Assembly: GCF_001194135.2 (NCBI RefSeq)
Contig: NC_068989.1
Coordinates: forward strand, 69,281,170-69,345,169
Reading direction: 5' to 3'
Length of the DNA stretch: 64,000 bases
Source: Octopus bimaculoides
Lineage: Eukaryota
Under the pieces are notes generated by a model. The model was not told the origin of the DNA. It saw only the letters and a list, made by a program, of their open reading frames with translations, and did no database searches. The position numbers were made by a program, and so were the translations under genes. Positions 1 through 12,312 of the stretch are shown in pieces (within the stretch, counting starts at the first letter, position 1; every line of letters begins with the position of its first letter).

Positions 1-324
1 AAACCTTGAAAGAACCCTGTTGTATATATGTATGTGTGTGTGTGTGTGTGTGTGTGGTTCAAAGGTACAGAAAACAAAAGACAAAGACAGGTGAAGGAAC
101 AACAAGCAGGTGTATTAGTTTGATGAATCCATTCAAAAAGCTCTTGTTGGTCTGGGGCACTTGCCCAAGATGACATGTAGTGGGACTAAACCTGGAACCA
201 TATGGTGAACTTCTGAACTGCACAGCCATGCTTACATCTATTAATTAGACTTTCCCACATTAGTTCATGAACACAAGTTTTGTAGGCCTAAATAATGAAT
301 AGTGACAGAAACAGCTTTAATACC

Positions 325-613
325 AAAAGGTAATATGTATCCCCTTTTAAAAGGGGATGTAGTGTAAGAACAAAGAATACTGCGATAGTTACCATGAGAG
401 AACCTTTCCTATGGTCTTTTGGTGCATATAAACACTCATGTTTATACTGCTAGCAGGAGATAAATCAACTGCCATTGCCACTTCACTAATAATATAAACA
501 AGAGTGGTTATATGCATAAAAGACCATATGAGAGATTCTCTCATGGTAACTATCACAGTGTTCTCTCTTCTAACACAACATCCACTTTTAAGTGGGGATA
601 AATATTACCTTTT
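325..613. mobile_element. Foldback MITE with about 120-bp imperfect terminal inverted repeats
   Basis: aaaaggtaatatgtatcccc...gatagttaccatgagagaa pairs with ttctctcatggtaactatc...ggggataaatattacctttt. Confidence 0.7.
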
Positions 614-712
614 ATGTAAGTCTATTTTAATATGAGGGAGATAAAGGAAAATATGTATCAATAAAGAGTGAAGGCCTCCTATGCACATTTAGTAATTAAA
701 CTATAAACTCAC

Positions 713-805
713 TTCTAATTCTTCTTCTGTTGGTGCAACAAAGAAATGGTGAAACATGCCAAACACAAGGCTGTTTGGAGGGAACCGGATTCCATCTTTC
801 ATAGT
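713..805 (-). CDS. UVRAG: UVRAG coding exon 6 (TMKDGIRFPPNSLVFGMFHHFFVAPTEEELE); gene continues past the window start
   Basis: gtcttttgtag acceptor and GAA|gtgagt donor; 93 nt, open frame. Resembles human NEIIFGLNDGYYGAP. Confidence 0.9.
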
Positions 806-1865
806 CTACAAAAGACAAACAGAAAAAACAAATTTGACATTAGAAACAATTTCACAAATACTATTTATTAACTGGAAACCTTACACTGGTTAGTTAAAAA
901 ACAAAACATTCCTTATTAAAATTAATAGGTTCATACGTCAATATAATAGTTTTCTATTTAAAAAACATACAAATATCAGCCTTAATACTTTTCAATTTTT
1001 ATCATGAGTGAATTTACAGAGTCATGAGTGCATTGGATAAAAAATGCTTTGCCAGTAAGTATATGTATTCTGAGTTCAAATGAAGTCAAGGTTAACTTTA
1101 CTTTCATCTTTCTGGGGACTGATAAAATAAAGTATCAGTAAAATACCACTTAGCTACACACTTTCATCCCAAAATATTAAAGGTTAAGCTGGCCACAGAA
1201 GAATTTGAACACCTATATCAGAGGTTCCCAACCACTGGGTTATGGATCATTTGACACCAGGCCACATAAAGAATAAATTCTAAAATTTTATTTTTATTTT
1301 ATTGACTATCACAGTCTGCAGGATATTTTTACATTACATATATATATATATATATAGATATAGATATAGAGTAATTAAATATATATTATCTATTTTGCTG
1401 TGTTTTGTTATGTGTATGCTTCTCTAGTCTGAGGAAAAAAATGTCTTGCATGAAACCAGTCTATGGAGCAAAAAAAAGATTGGGGACTGTTGACCTGTAT
1501 CATTATCAATAACTATTTCTAACCTAAGTACAAGGTTACAAATTTTAGTAGTGGGTAGTTGGGTAAGTAAATTAAATTGACCCCAAAACTTAACTGGTAC
1601 TTTATTTTATCCACTCCAGAAGGAAAAAAAGAAGGTAAAGCTGACTTTGGCAGGATTTGAACTCAGAGCATAATGAATTGGGTGAGCTGTAATTGAATAC
1701 TGCAAAGTATTTTGTTCAATCCTCAATGAACTTTGCCAGTCTGCTTCCCTAATATCATTACTGATAATATAACCAAATTATCTTAGCACAATTTACATAT
1801 ATGGAAATGAAAATCTTTTGAGAAAAATATTAAAAAACTTAAAAACAAAGATGAAATCAACTTAC

Positions 1866-1960
1866 TTTTGTATCCTGTAGGTGAAGACAGGATAAAAACA
1901 CTTCCCATTCTAAGAAAAGTTTGAAGACATCATGACCAACCCAAACCCTAACTAGCAATG
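1866..1960 (-). CDS. UVRAG: UVRAG coding exon 5 (SLLVRVWVGHDVFKLFLEWEVFLSCLHLQDTK)
   Basis: ctctcactag acceptor and AAA|gtaagt donor; 95 nt, phase 1 to 0. Aligns by eye to human [27 protein letters not shown]. Confidence 0.92.
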
Positions 1961-3395
1961 CTAGTGAGAGTTAAAGAAAACTTTAAAGCAAGATTTCAAA
2001 ACCAGGTAGAATAGAAATTAAACATTTTACTGTGAGGTTAGAAAGAAAAGAAAGATAGTGAGTTATCTATAAATCCCATAGGAATTTGCAATAAAATGAT
2101 GCAGCACACACACATTCATAATATATAGACATATATAAAACTTACAATAGTCTTTGGCCATTATTGGCTAAAGCCTTGCTTAAACAGCACCACATGGAGT
2201 AGCCTTTTAAGTCAAATCGTGTGTGGGTTTCCAGAAATGGACTGTGCCTAAAATATCAGAGCTTGCTCTTCCTTGCAGTACATACTCTCATCAAATTTTA
2301 TGCATTTTATTAACTTTTTGTTTTGGCTGATGCAGACAACACTAGTTTTCTTGGACAACATTTTTTCCCCTCAACATTTCTAATATTACAACCAACACAA
2401 TCATTTCAGCAAAGAGATACATTTTATTTCAGTCCTAATGACATGTTTGACCCTTTAGCATTTAAACCAGCTATATCCGGCCCAAATATTCTATCTGTTT
2501 TATGATCAACTTGGTTAGATCTAGCCTCTTACATATTAGTTGACAATGTCATTCTAAAAATAAACAATCACACCATCAAAATCTCAAAGCTATGAGACAA
2601 TGCATGATGTCTTTAAAAGAATCAGAATAAATGAGCATTACATTTGACAGAATAATCTGAATGATAAAGGGTTAATGAAGGCAATGCATCTATCCTACAG
2701 GAATATAAATACAAAATAATGAGCTACTGGCCACATGACGACGATTCCAAACCTTACTTAGATTGCTTGCATGGTCTAATGGTTAAGCACAAACTTGAAT
2801 GAATAAGCTATCACCATCTTGGCTGAAGTGTCATAATTCCTATTTCATTACTGTGCTCTAAGACAGGGCCAGCTTTAGGCATAGTGAAGTTTCAAGCTAA
2901 GAGGTTCTGTAGAGACCCTATTAAGAAATAATTAACAGAGAACTGAGTTGTATAACAACTAGAGTAAGAATGCAGCCAAGATGATAACAGATCCATGCAA
3001 AATAAGAGGGTTACTCTTCTCAAATGCATAACTATAAAATAACAAAATCTTTTAAACTGCAAAACTAATAATCCTTTTTTTTAATATTTAGGATTAATTT
3101 GTTAATGTTAATTGTTCCTAAAAAAGTTAAATCATCATGAATAATGAAACTCTAACAAATTGTAAAAATAATTAAAAAATCCATATTTTGAGAGGTTTCA
3201 AGCTGTAGCTTATTTAATGAATGTCTAAATCTAGCCATGGTTCTCACTAAGACAGTGAATATATCTTACTCAACTTCCTGGTATCATAGCACTTAAATTT
3301 GAAGACAATTATTCAACACTAACTGGAATTAGCAAATAGCAGCATGACTTGAGTCAAATCCTGTTTGATGAGAAACCTAATTTGAAAAAGGATAC
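1961..3395 (-). other. U12-type (minor spliceosome) GT-AG intron in UVRAG
   Basis: 5' site GTATCCTTTTT matches the U12 consensus RTATCCTTT. A TTCTTTAAC branch site lies about 10 nt before the 3' TAG, with no separate polypyrimidine tract. The reading frame is preserved. Confidence 0.88.
2451..2671 (+). mobile_element. piggyBac-like non-autonomous element (MITE)
   Basis: CCCTTTAGCAT...ATGATAAAGGG ends in TTAA-like context. Further copies at about 24647-24828, 28702-28908 (-) and 57904-58120. Confidence 0.7.
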
Positions 3396-3459
3396 ACTTT
3401 TTACTTGTCTCAACCTCTTCAGATTTAGTTGTGAGATCAAAGGCCTGCCATGTTGGATT
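3396..3459 (-). CDS. UVRAG: UVRAG coding exon 4 (NPTWQAFDLTTKSEEVETSKK)
   Basis: ttttccag acceptor and the C2-domain NPTW motif. Ends at the U12-type donor T|GTATCCTTTTT; 64 nt, phase 0 to 1. Confidence 0.9.
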
Positions 3460-3579
3460 CTGGAAAATTGAAAATATACAGTAAACAGTATTTTTTCTTT
3501 ATAAAAAACAAACTTAACTGTACATTAAATTATTTAATTAGTGGGAAATTATTTTGTCACAACAAAAACAGCATAACTA

Positions 3580-4960
3580 CAGGGTGTGTCAGATATATGA
3601 GGACAGATTTATGTTTATAAAAAAACAGATATATAATAACAGATAATCACTTTATCAAGAAATGCTATGAGGATAAAGATAAACCTTTTTTTATGTTATT
3701 CAATAAAACCACCTTCAGCTTCAACAACTGCTTCTATACAAGATCTAAATCATCTATATACTCGAATCAAGTGGTCCTGGTTCATTTTGAACATTACTCT
3801 GACTATGTCAGCTTTCAAAGAATTTTTGGTGTTATGGGCGTGTTCATTAACCTCTCTCCCAACAACGCTCCACATGTAATAGTCTAATGGATTGAGATCT
3901 GGGGGAATTATGTGATCATGAAAATTTTCAGCCCTCCATTGCTGTGTTATTAAAGCCATGTGTGGTAGTGCAGAGTCTTACTGAAACACATATGGCCTTC
4001 CATTGCATACACAGTTTATCCAGGATTTAACAATTATTTCCAGGACCTCAATGTAGGTGTCAGAGTTAACTTTAAGGCCTTGTGGAAAGGAGTAAGGAGG
4101 TATCACGTTGTTCATTGCTGACAACCCCTAAAACCATGACAGTTGCAGGAAATTTTACATGTATGACACTTAAAACTTCAGAAGGGTCTGCACATAACCA
4201 TCTGTCATTTCTTCAGTTAACTTTTTGATCTTGGTCGAAGTTTTTCTCATTAGTGGCAAACCAAACCAAATATTCTGCTGGATTTTTCAGATTGTTTAAA
4301 AGCCTTTTAGATCTGATGTAGTGATTTTCTTTTGCTTTTTCTTACAAATTGATTTTTCCTCATCATATAAAACTTATATCTGATGTCTTCGTGAACAACA
4401 TTTCTAACTGTTCCTTCTGACACATGGAGATCTTTTGCAATTGACCTCATGGACTTTCTGGGATTGTAACCAATGGTCTGTTGAACTTGCTGGATAAATT
4501 CAGGTGTTCTGATGATTTTAGAGTGTTGGGAATGCTTTTTATGCTTTGATACTGGTGATACGTTTCTATCTTCAGTCTCTAGCTCCTTACAAACTTTGTA
4601 GACGAAAGATCTAGCAACTTTTAAAAATAGAGTTATTTCTTAATTGCTATGCTCAGCCTTTATAGCCACAATAACAGCATACCTCTTCATTTCTTAAGTA
4701 AGCTGAGGGTCTGCCATTATTATTTTCTGAAACAAAGACTATACAGAGTGAGCAAAATATGCAGCAATGACCCAAAAAAGGTCTATCCTCAAATATCTTA
4801 TGCACCCTGTACAGATGTGTGTATCTCCTTTGCCATCAAAACACCAACTTTGATTCTTCATAATTTTCTGAAAAATGGCTATTTCTTGATAAAATTTTCT
4901 ACAAGTACATTTCAGATGATGTAGATTATGAATGCGTCAAAATTTGATGCCGGGTGAAAA
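3580..4960 (-). mobile_element. Decayed maT/DD37D-like (Bmmar1-type) Tc1/mariner transposon
   Basis: Broken transposase at about 3696-4690: MKRYAVIVAIKAEH...RKSMRSIAKDLHVSEGTVRNVVHED...DLNPLDYYMWSVV...EAEGGFIE*, with internal stops. One end is TA|CAGGGTGTGTCAG at 3580; the other end is uncertain. Confidence 0.85.
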
Positions 4961-6611
4961 AAATTGGAGTGAGGGTCGGATAATTTATACACTTTAACAA
5001 AATGTATGAGGAAACAAAGTTGAGGGGTGTGAATTATCCAACCTCCCCCAAGTTTTCTTTAAATCAAATTCTGACATAATCGTAATCTACACCACCAGAA
5101 ATATATTTGTAGATAATGTTATTAAAACATATGTAGTCTTCAGAAAGTTATGAAGAAAGTCAGTAGGAGGTCATACATGTATAGTTATACCACAAAAACA
5201 ATTCAAATATAAAAAAAGGAAAAATAGTGCAGTAACAAACTAATTAACTGGAAAAGACTACTTAATAACATATTTGATTTCCATCAGAGGAAGTAGATTC
5301 AAATTAGCAAGGTTTTTGCTTTTTAGAGATGAAACCAAGTTGTGCAGTAGAACCATTCTACAATGTAGTTAAGTCCCTTCTCTGACTATCAGCCAAAGAC
5401 TATTTATAGACTGAAATGATAATGAATATCTTTGTACTTTTAATATCTGAATCAAAATGCAGTCTAGTTTTTTCTTTCATTAACATAATATCTTTTTGAA
5501 TCACTCACACAACATTTTTGTTCCCATTTTCATTTTGTAGAATAATTTACATTTTTGTATTTTTCAAATAGAAAAGAGAAGTGATTATTTATTGTTTCCC
5601 AACCAAATGGCTTTGTGTTCAGTCCCGCTACAAGGAACTTCAGATAAGTGGTCTTCTACAATAGCTACAGGTCAACCAAAGCCATGTGAATGATTTTGGT
5701 AGATGGAAATTCAAAAGAGCTCATTGTGTACATGTATAAGTGACTGTGTGTTTTTGAGAGTGAATTCATATTTTCTGTTGCTTACATGTGTGATCACATT
5801 GTAAAACTTGGCATATCAGATGGTTTGTTTGTTTGCAGTCAATTGCAAGAGCATGTTTGGGCTTTTTTAAAATGCCTTGACATGTTGCAATCTTTGTAAA
5901 CAAATAGCTCAGCCAAACAGTGACATTTGTTTCCAGAACCCCACATAACCAAACCCAGGCTGTTGGTTGTTTAACAGAATTGGAAATTATTGCCTTGCTT
6001 GGAAACAGGTAGGAGATAGCATCAGGAAGGGCATCTAGCTAAAGAAAAATTCTGCCTCAACATGCTCTTGTCTGAGCCATGCAAGCATGAAAAAGCAGAT
6101 GTTAAAATGATACAAAGCACGGAGTGGATTTAATAATAAATAATACCATTTCTAAAAGACAAAAAGTTATTCTACTAGATAAAAACAGTAGAAAATATCA
6201 CATGAATGATAAAAATATGAAAATATTCATTGTTATTTCTGGCTATGTGGTAGAATAATTTTGCTGCACAACAGATGCTGGTTCCATCTTTACTAAAGTA
6301 TGCCTCCACAAGTGAGAAACATTTAAATGGCACTGAATGTGTCTATGTTTAGTGGGTGAAGATATTACTGAACCCTATTTAATTTCACAGTGCTTTCTGT
6401 ACAATTATGTTTTATACATAACTTTGAGTTAAATTCACAAGCAATAAAAATATAATTGCTTATGGCCAGTACCAATGACAGCAGTATGCAGCTACAGATA
6501 ATGGATCACTCCCCCTCACCTCCAATAAACAAAACAAACAACAATATAGAATAGTTAGCTGTAAATAGATGTAAAGTACACAGTGGAGTTAAAAATAAAT
6601 GGTACAATCTC

Positions 6612-6800
6612 AAGGCGGTGAGCTGGCAGAAACGTTAGCAAGCCGACCAAAATGCTTAGCTGTATTTCGTCTGTCTTTACGTTCCGAGTTCAAATTCCGC
6701 CAAGGTCAACTTTACCTTTCGTCCTTTCGGGGTTGATAAATTAAGTACCAGTCGTGTACTGGGGTCAATCTAATCGACTGCCCCCCCTCCCCCAAAATTT
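6612..6800 (+). mobile_element. tRNA-derived SINE, relatively young copy
   Basis: ggcggtgagctggcagaaacgttagc...gagttcaaattcc...ccccctccccc with CpGs retained. Related copies at about 15149-15355 (+), 48581-48790 (-), 48811-49030 (-) and 59040-59240 (+). Confidence 0.8.
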
Positions 6801-9049
6801 ACCTAGTTGAAAATACAGTGACCATACTAAAATGTAAAAATCATTTGCTTCCAAAGCAAAGTATATAATAAACAAGCTATTATTAATCATTATGTTACAC
6901 TTATGAGCCAATAGTATAACAACAACCTTTAATCTGTAGATGAAAAGGAAGAAAAGAAAAAAAATACAAAACAGAAGCTTGTATTTGTCATGTGTGCTTG
7001 CCACATATTTTTGGATGGCATCCTGTTATTTTGATACAAAACATACATCTGATCTCTGTATCTGTAAATCACCACTCTCACAACAATTAAAGTTGTTGAC
7101 CTGGTTTAAAGGAAATATCCTTATCAATTTAAATTCATCTGTATGTCCATCAGCCTGATGCTTCATGAATGAATAGGGCAACCTGTTTTCATTTCTCTTA
7201 AGTTTGTTCACTGCTTCCTCTTCACCAACCTAAGAGTTGCATGGCTACTTAATAATTATATATTTTTAAGCAAGTTTTTATGATAAAATTCAATAATAAA
7301 CTGAATATATGTTATCCTTTCCTTCAAAATACTTTTCTATGTAATAACTGCAGATTAATTTTTTTTCTTCTCACAACTATAAATTATTTTGGGGAGATGA
7401 AAATTTGTCATTTTTTTAAAGTATAAATTAAAAAGAACACTTTTTAGCCTCCCAGTAACATTTCTATAAAATCATCATCATAACATTCACTTTTCCAGGT
7501 TTGCATGGATCAGATGGAATTCACTGAGGTAGATTTTCTCCAGCCAGATACCCTTCGTGTTGCCAAAATTCGCCTGTTTTCAAGCAAAGTAATATTACCC
7601 CTTCACCAAGCCTGTTTTTCTCATAAGATTGGAAACAAATGATATTCATTTACAACCATCATGCAATGTCAAGAAAAGGAGATACAAACACACACACACA
7701 CAAACATGACAGGCTTTTTTTCAGTTTCTGTCAACCAAATCCACTCAGATGCTTGGGTCAGCTCAGAGCTACAGTAGAAAACACTGGCCCAAGGTGCTGC
7801 ACAATGGGACTGAGCCCAAAACAACATGCTGGAAGGCAATGAAAGCTTTTAAGCAAGTGGGTAAATTTGACCAACATCCCACTACAGCTCATTTATACTA
7901 ACCAACAAGACTAATATAATTAATGAAGTTTTTCACATTTTGCCAATATTATTTAATAGCAAAAATACTGGTTGTCAAGCATTGGTAGGGAGCAAACACA
8001 AACATGAATTTTGAATCATACTCTCCATGAGTAGAAGTTTTATGAAGTTTTTAACAGTAGGTAAAGCTGTGTGGTTAAGATGTTTACTTTGAAACCAAAT
8101 GGGTTTAGATACGGTCACAGCTAAGTGCCTTTGCATGGCACCGGTCCTCAAGCCAGCCAATGCCATTTGAAGGAATTTAGTAAATGGAAACTGAGGAATA
8201 CCATTATGAGTGTGCATGTGCATGTGTGGATATGTATGTATGTATGTATATACACACGTGCACGCACACATGCATCAATCATTATTACTTTTCCATGCTA
8301 GCATGGATCAATGGAAAACTAAAAACAGATGATACTGTTTGTACAAACAGCATGCAGCTTGTTTGCTAAGATGGCATAACATGGTAAGAAGCCTGGACAT
8401 ACTTTTGCAGTGTACTGCAAGCAAATGACACCTCCTGTATGAATAGTGATGTTTTTGTTTACAATTGGAGAATACACATCATCAAGATGAGGGAAAATAC
8501 AACTTCACTCATACAATTACACCCCATGTGCGCGCGCACACACACACACACACATGCTCATATAAATTAAGGCGTTACCTAACATGACAGGTACAGTGGC
8601 CATTTTCATTGCATATACAAATATATCCACAAATTTTGACACTGTTTATTTAAGTAATACTATTGTTTATAAATTACATGCATAGGTAGTATATATTAAG
8701 TTTGCTTATTTACTTATCATCCACAGTTCAAAGTCTATTTTTGTTGTTGTGATTGTGGCTAAAAGCAGTTTAGCATATTACATTACGTTTTTTTTTTTTT
8801 TTATGTAAAATATTTAAACAAGTAAAGATTTAAAAAAAAACTTGTAGATGTATCTAGTGCCTCTTACTACACCCTTTACCCCCAATACCCACATAAAATT
8901 TACCAGCTCCTGTCCTTCCCTCAGGGGCTATATTACCCACTTTGTGAAGCACTGTTTTAGGAATAGGCATATATAGATTATTGTAGAAAGGATGAAAGGG
9001 GAAAGTTGATCTCGGCAGGATCTGAACCTAGAGTAATGATAATACTTAC

Positions 9050-9084
9050 CAAAGACCCAGAAATTTTTTCACTGGTATAAAAGG
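9050..9084 (-). CDS. UVRAG: UVRAG coding exon 3, 35-nt microexon (AFYTSEKISGSL)
   Basis: Long poly-T tract plus acag acceptor, and TTG|gtaagt donor; phase 1 to 0. Matches the UVRAG motif EFYRSEVIKNSL. Confidence 0.92.
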
Positions 9085-11254
9085 CTGTAAAAAAAAAAAA
9101 AAAAAGAAAAAGAAAAAGTTAGTTATCAAAAGCAAACAATACATAACATTTCTCACATATATAATATATACTTTAAACTGACTAAAACAGGATAATAAAA
9201 TGATGTGTTTGATAGCAGATAAGAAAGTTAGCTCATAGGTGTATCTGACATTTTAATAATTTTGATTTTTTTTCAAAATTATCTTTTTTTTTTACCTCCA
9301 GTTTATCTAAGAGAAAAAAAGGTGAATTTATGAAATTATTCTTAATTATTCTGTGTGATGGGCTGCTTCACAACATGAGTTTCAGTTTGATCCCTCATCA
9401 TTGCACTTTAGGCAAATAAGCTGCCACTGTCTCAGGTTAATGAATGCCTTATGAGTGGAATTTGGTAGACAGACACTGAGTAGAAGCTGTGTGTGTGTGT
9501 GTGTGTGTGTGTGCGTGGGTGCATGCGTGTGTGTGTCTGAGTGGCTAAGAAGTTTGCTTCTCAGCTACATGGTTTCAGGTTCAGTCCCCCCGCGTGGCAT
9601 CTTGGTTAAGAGTCTTCTGCTATAACCCCAGGGAGACCAAAGCCCTGTGAGTGGGGATTTGTTGGAAGGAAACTGAAAGAAGTTTGTGTGCATGCAAGTG
9701 TGCGTGTGTTCAATAGATTTTATTTATCTTTACAGATTCGATAAAGTAAGTGCAAGTGAAGTAATCAGGGAATCAATTTTAATCAACTGCATTCTTCCAC
9801 CAAAATATTTGGCCATAAGCCTATGCTACATTCACTACCACCATCACCACCGTTAATGGTGGAAATCCTACTGGAATCAAATTTGTTTCTGCTCATTGTG
9901 GTTGATAAAGTGCAAGTAACTAACAATGATTTAATCAGCTCTACATTTATCTGTATAGGATAATATAGAATATATCAATGTGCTAAGTATATCAATATTA
10001 TTTCTTTTCACATGGTATAAAGGCCAAACAATATTGGAAACATGGAGCAGTGATCATTCATAGCTTTCCCAAGAACATTAGAACACTGAAATGGGCTCAA
10101 TTGGGAATTGAAAGCACATCATAGTTATTGGTTTGCAAGAGGATTCTTTTTGCTTTACACTGTATGTCACAAGAAAGATATCAATAATAATAGCTTCTGA
10201 TTTAGGTACAAGACCATCAATTGTTAGGGGAAGTGATTAGTCAGTATCTTCAACCCTATACTAGACCGGTACTTTTTTCTTATTGACACCAGAGGGATGA
10301 AAGGCAAAGTTCACCTAATGTGTGATTTGAACTGAGCGTAGTGGGTCATCACAAAAACTGCACAGTATTTCTTTCAGACACTGTAATGATTCTGCCAATA
10401 ACCACCCTAAAGATATCAATAATGATAAAAAAAAATGTGAAGGTGTTTGTTAAATTGCATAAAAGTTTAAGAAATTGCTTCTAATAACAATGTATTTCAC
10501 TACAATAAGACTCTGAAGGTATTTCACTTTCTGAATACATTGTTACTATTTTGATATTTCTGCTAAAATCTAAGAAGTCTCGAACAGTGTTTAATTATCA
10601 ATTTCCTTAGATTCTTCCTGATAACAAAAGCCATTTCAATTTCATCATCATTCACTGTTGTAATATATAATGTTTTACCGTTAATCTGAAGGATTACCCA
10701 ATACTTATTAATAGACTACATACATATGTATTTGGTTGATTCAATAATTGTGTAAAACTATTTTGTTACATCTCAAGAACAAAGGACATTATTTCATATC
10801 AGTCACTGGAGATAAAAAGAGTGATCTGTTATTTATATTGAGTCAATCTCCAGAGTCATAAATGGGAAGTTATAAATGATAAAAGCTACTTTAAAGAATG
10901 GGAGATGGGATAAATATAACACTATTGAGAGATATCAAAACAATATGATGGCAAAACAAAGAAAGAAAAAAGAAACATGATGGAATGGGACGACATACAA
11001 ATTGCAACAAATAACAGTATTCAGACTTTAATAAAGCACTGCTAGGAGTTACAAACATAAAACCAGCACTTTACAGAAAGGGTAAAACTAAAAGATAAAA
11101 ATTTACCATGGACTAGATTCTCAAATTGTTTTTGATCATGGATAACCTTAGTAATTTAAATTACTCTGTATATCATACTGACATTAGAAATGTTATTTGG
11201 AAGTAAACCAAAGAAAATTGTAAAATTAAGTTCTTTGATCTTTTAATCATTTCA

Positions 11255-11460
11255 TTTATTTGATTTTGGCCATGCTGGGACACAACTTGAAGGGTTTTAG
11301 TCCAACAATTCAACCCTGATAATGATTTTTGAAGTCTGGTACTTATTCTACCAGTCTCTTTTGCCAAACCACTAAGTTATAGAGACATAAGCATACTAAC
11401 CAGTTGTCAAGTGGTAGGGGAACACACACACATACGTATATACATAAGGTACACACACAT
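11255..11460. mobile_element. SINE-family 3' domain (ggccatgctgg...gtacttattcta...ttgtcaag)
   Basis: The same block recurs at about 21810-22010, 23440-23640, 27860-28030 (opposite orientation), 35285-35500 and 47520-47687. Confidence 0.7.
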
Positions 11461-12312
11461 ACATACATATGTATGACAGGCTTCTTATGAAGGTGATGCT
11501 TGTTTACAACCTTCACCTGATGTCAAATTTTGGTGGAAGAAGGTTTTAATTTGGATCACTTTAAAACGTAAAATTTGCTTCATTAAGCCAGGAGTGGTCT
11601 CAGGTGAGTTGGTATCAAAATGGTTAAATGAAGAAGGATACATTGTATAATGAAGTCCTTGATAAGGAAGGTTACAGCTAGAACACCTTTGATCATAAGT
11701 CACCTTCATCAAGGGAGACCTGAGGCTAAACAACACCTATATATGAAAAGTTTTAGTGAAAATAATAAAAATGTGAATCAAATATAATTTACAACCAAAG
11801 ATGAAAATAATATCTCAGAAAAAATTTCTTCTGTAATGCTAATTAAGCTGAAACCTAGCAGCCAATACATTCCCTAAGTAATAGTATAGTAATTAAAGAA
11901 AGCACACACTCGTTAGATGAAATGTTCAAGTAAATCAGTGTGTTCTTACTTCATGGGCAAAAAAGCAATGCTTAAAATTCTGTATTAATATCACAAAATT
12001 TTTTAAAGGAATTTTAAGATTTCAGAATTAGAATAAATCTAAATACTTGTGGGTGTAGGTATGAGATTACAAATGAGAAAACATGTACTCAGTACAAAAA
12101 CAAAAGTACAAATATTTTAGTGCATACTACTCAAAAGCTCCACATTTGTTGCTGTGCAAGCAACAGCACACACAAAACTGAGTAGTAAGAGAGTAACATC
12201 AGTACTACAATATATAGGGGATGTGTTGACTAGAGTTGACCAACACCTTGAAAGTGGAACTAGTAGATGGAAACAGCAGGAAACTCCTATATATATGTAT
12301 GTGCATGTACTA

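Noticed and set aside
3397-3405. U2-type donor ACAA|GTAAAA as the end of UVRAG exon 4
   Set aside because: Weak donor that would drop three residues needed for the ungapped alignment. The U12 consensus 9 nt away has a matching branch site.
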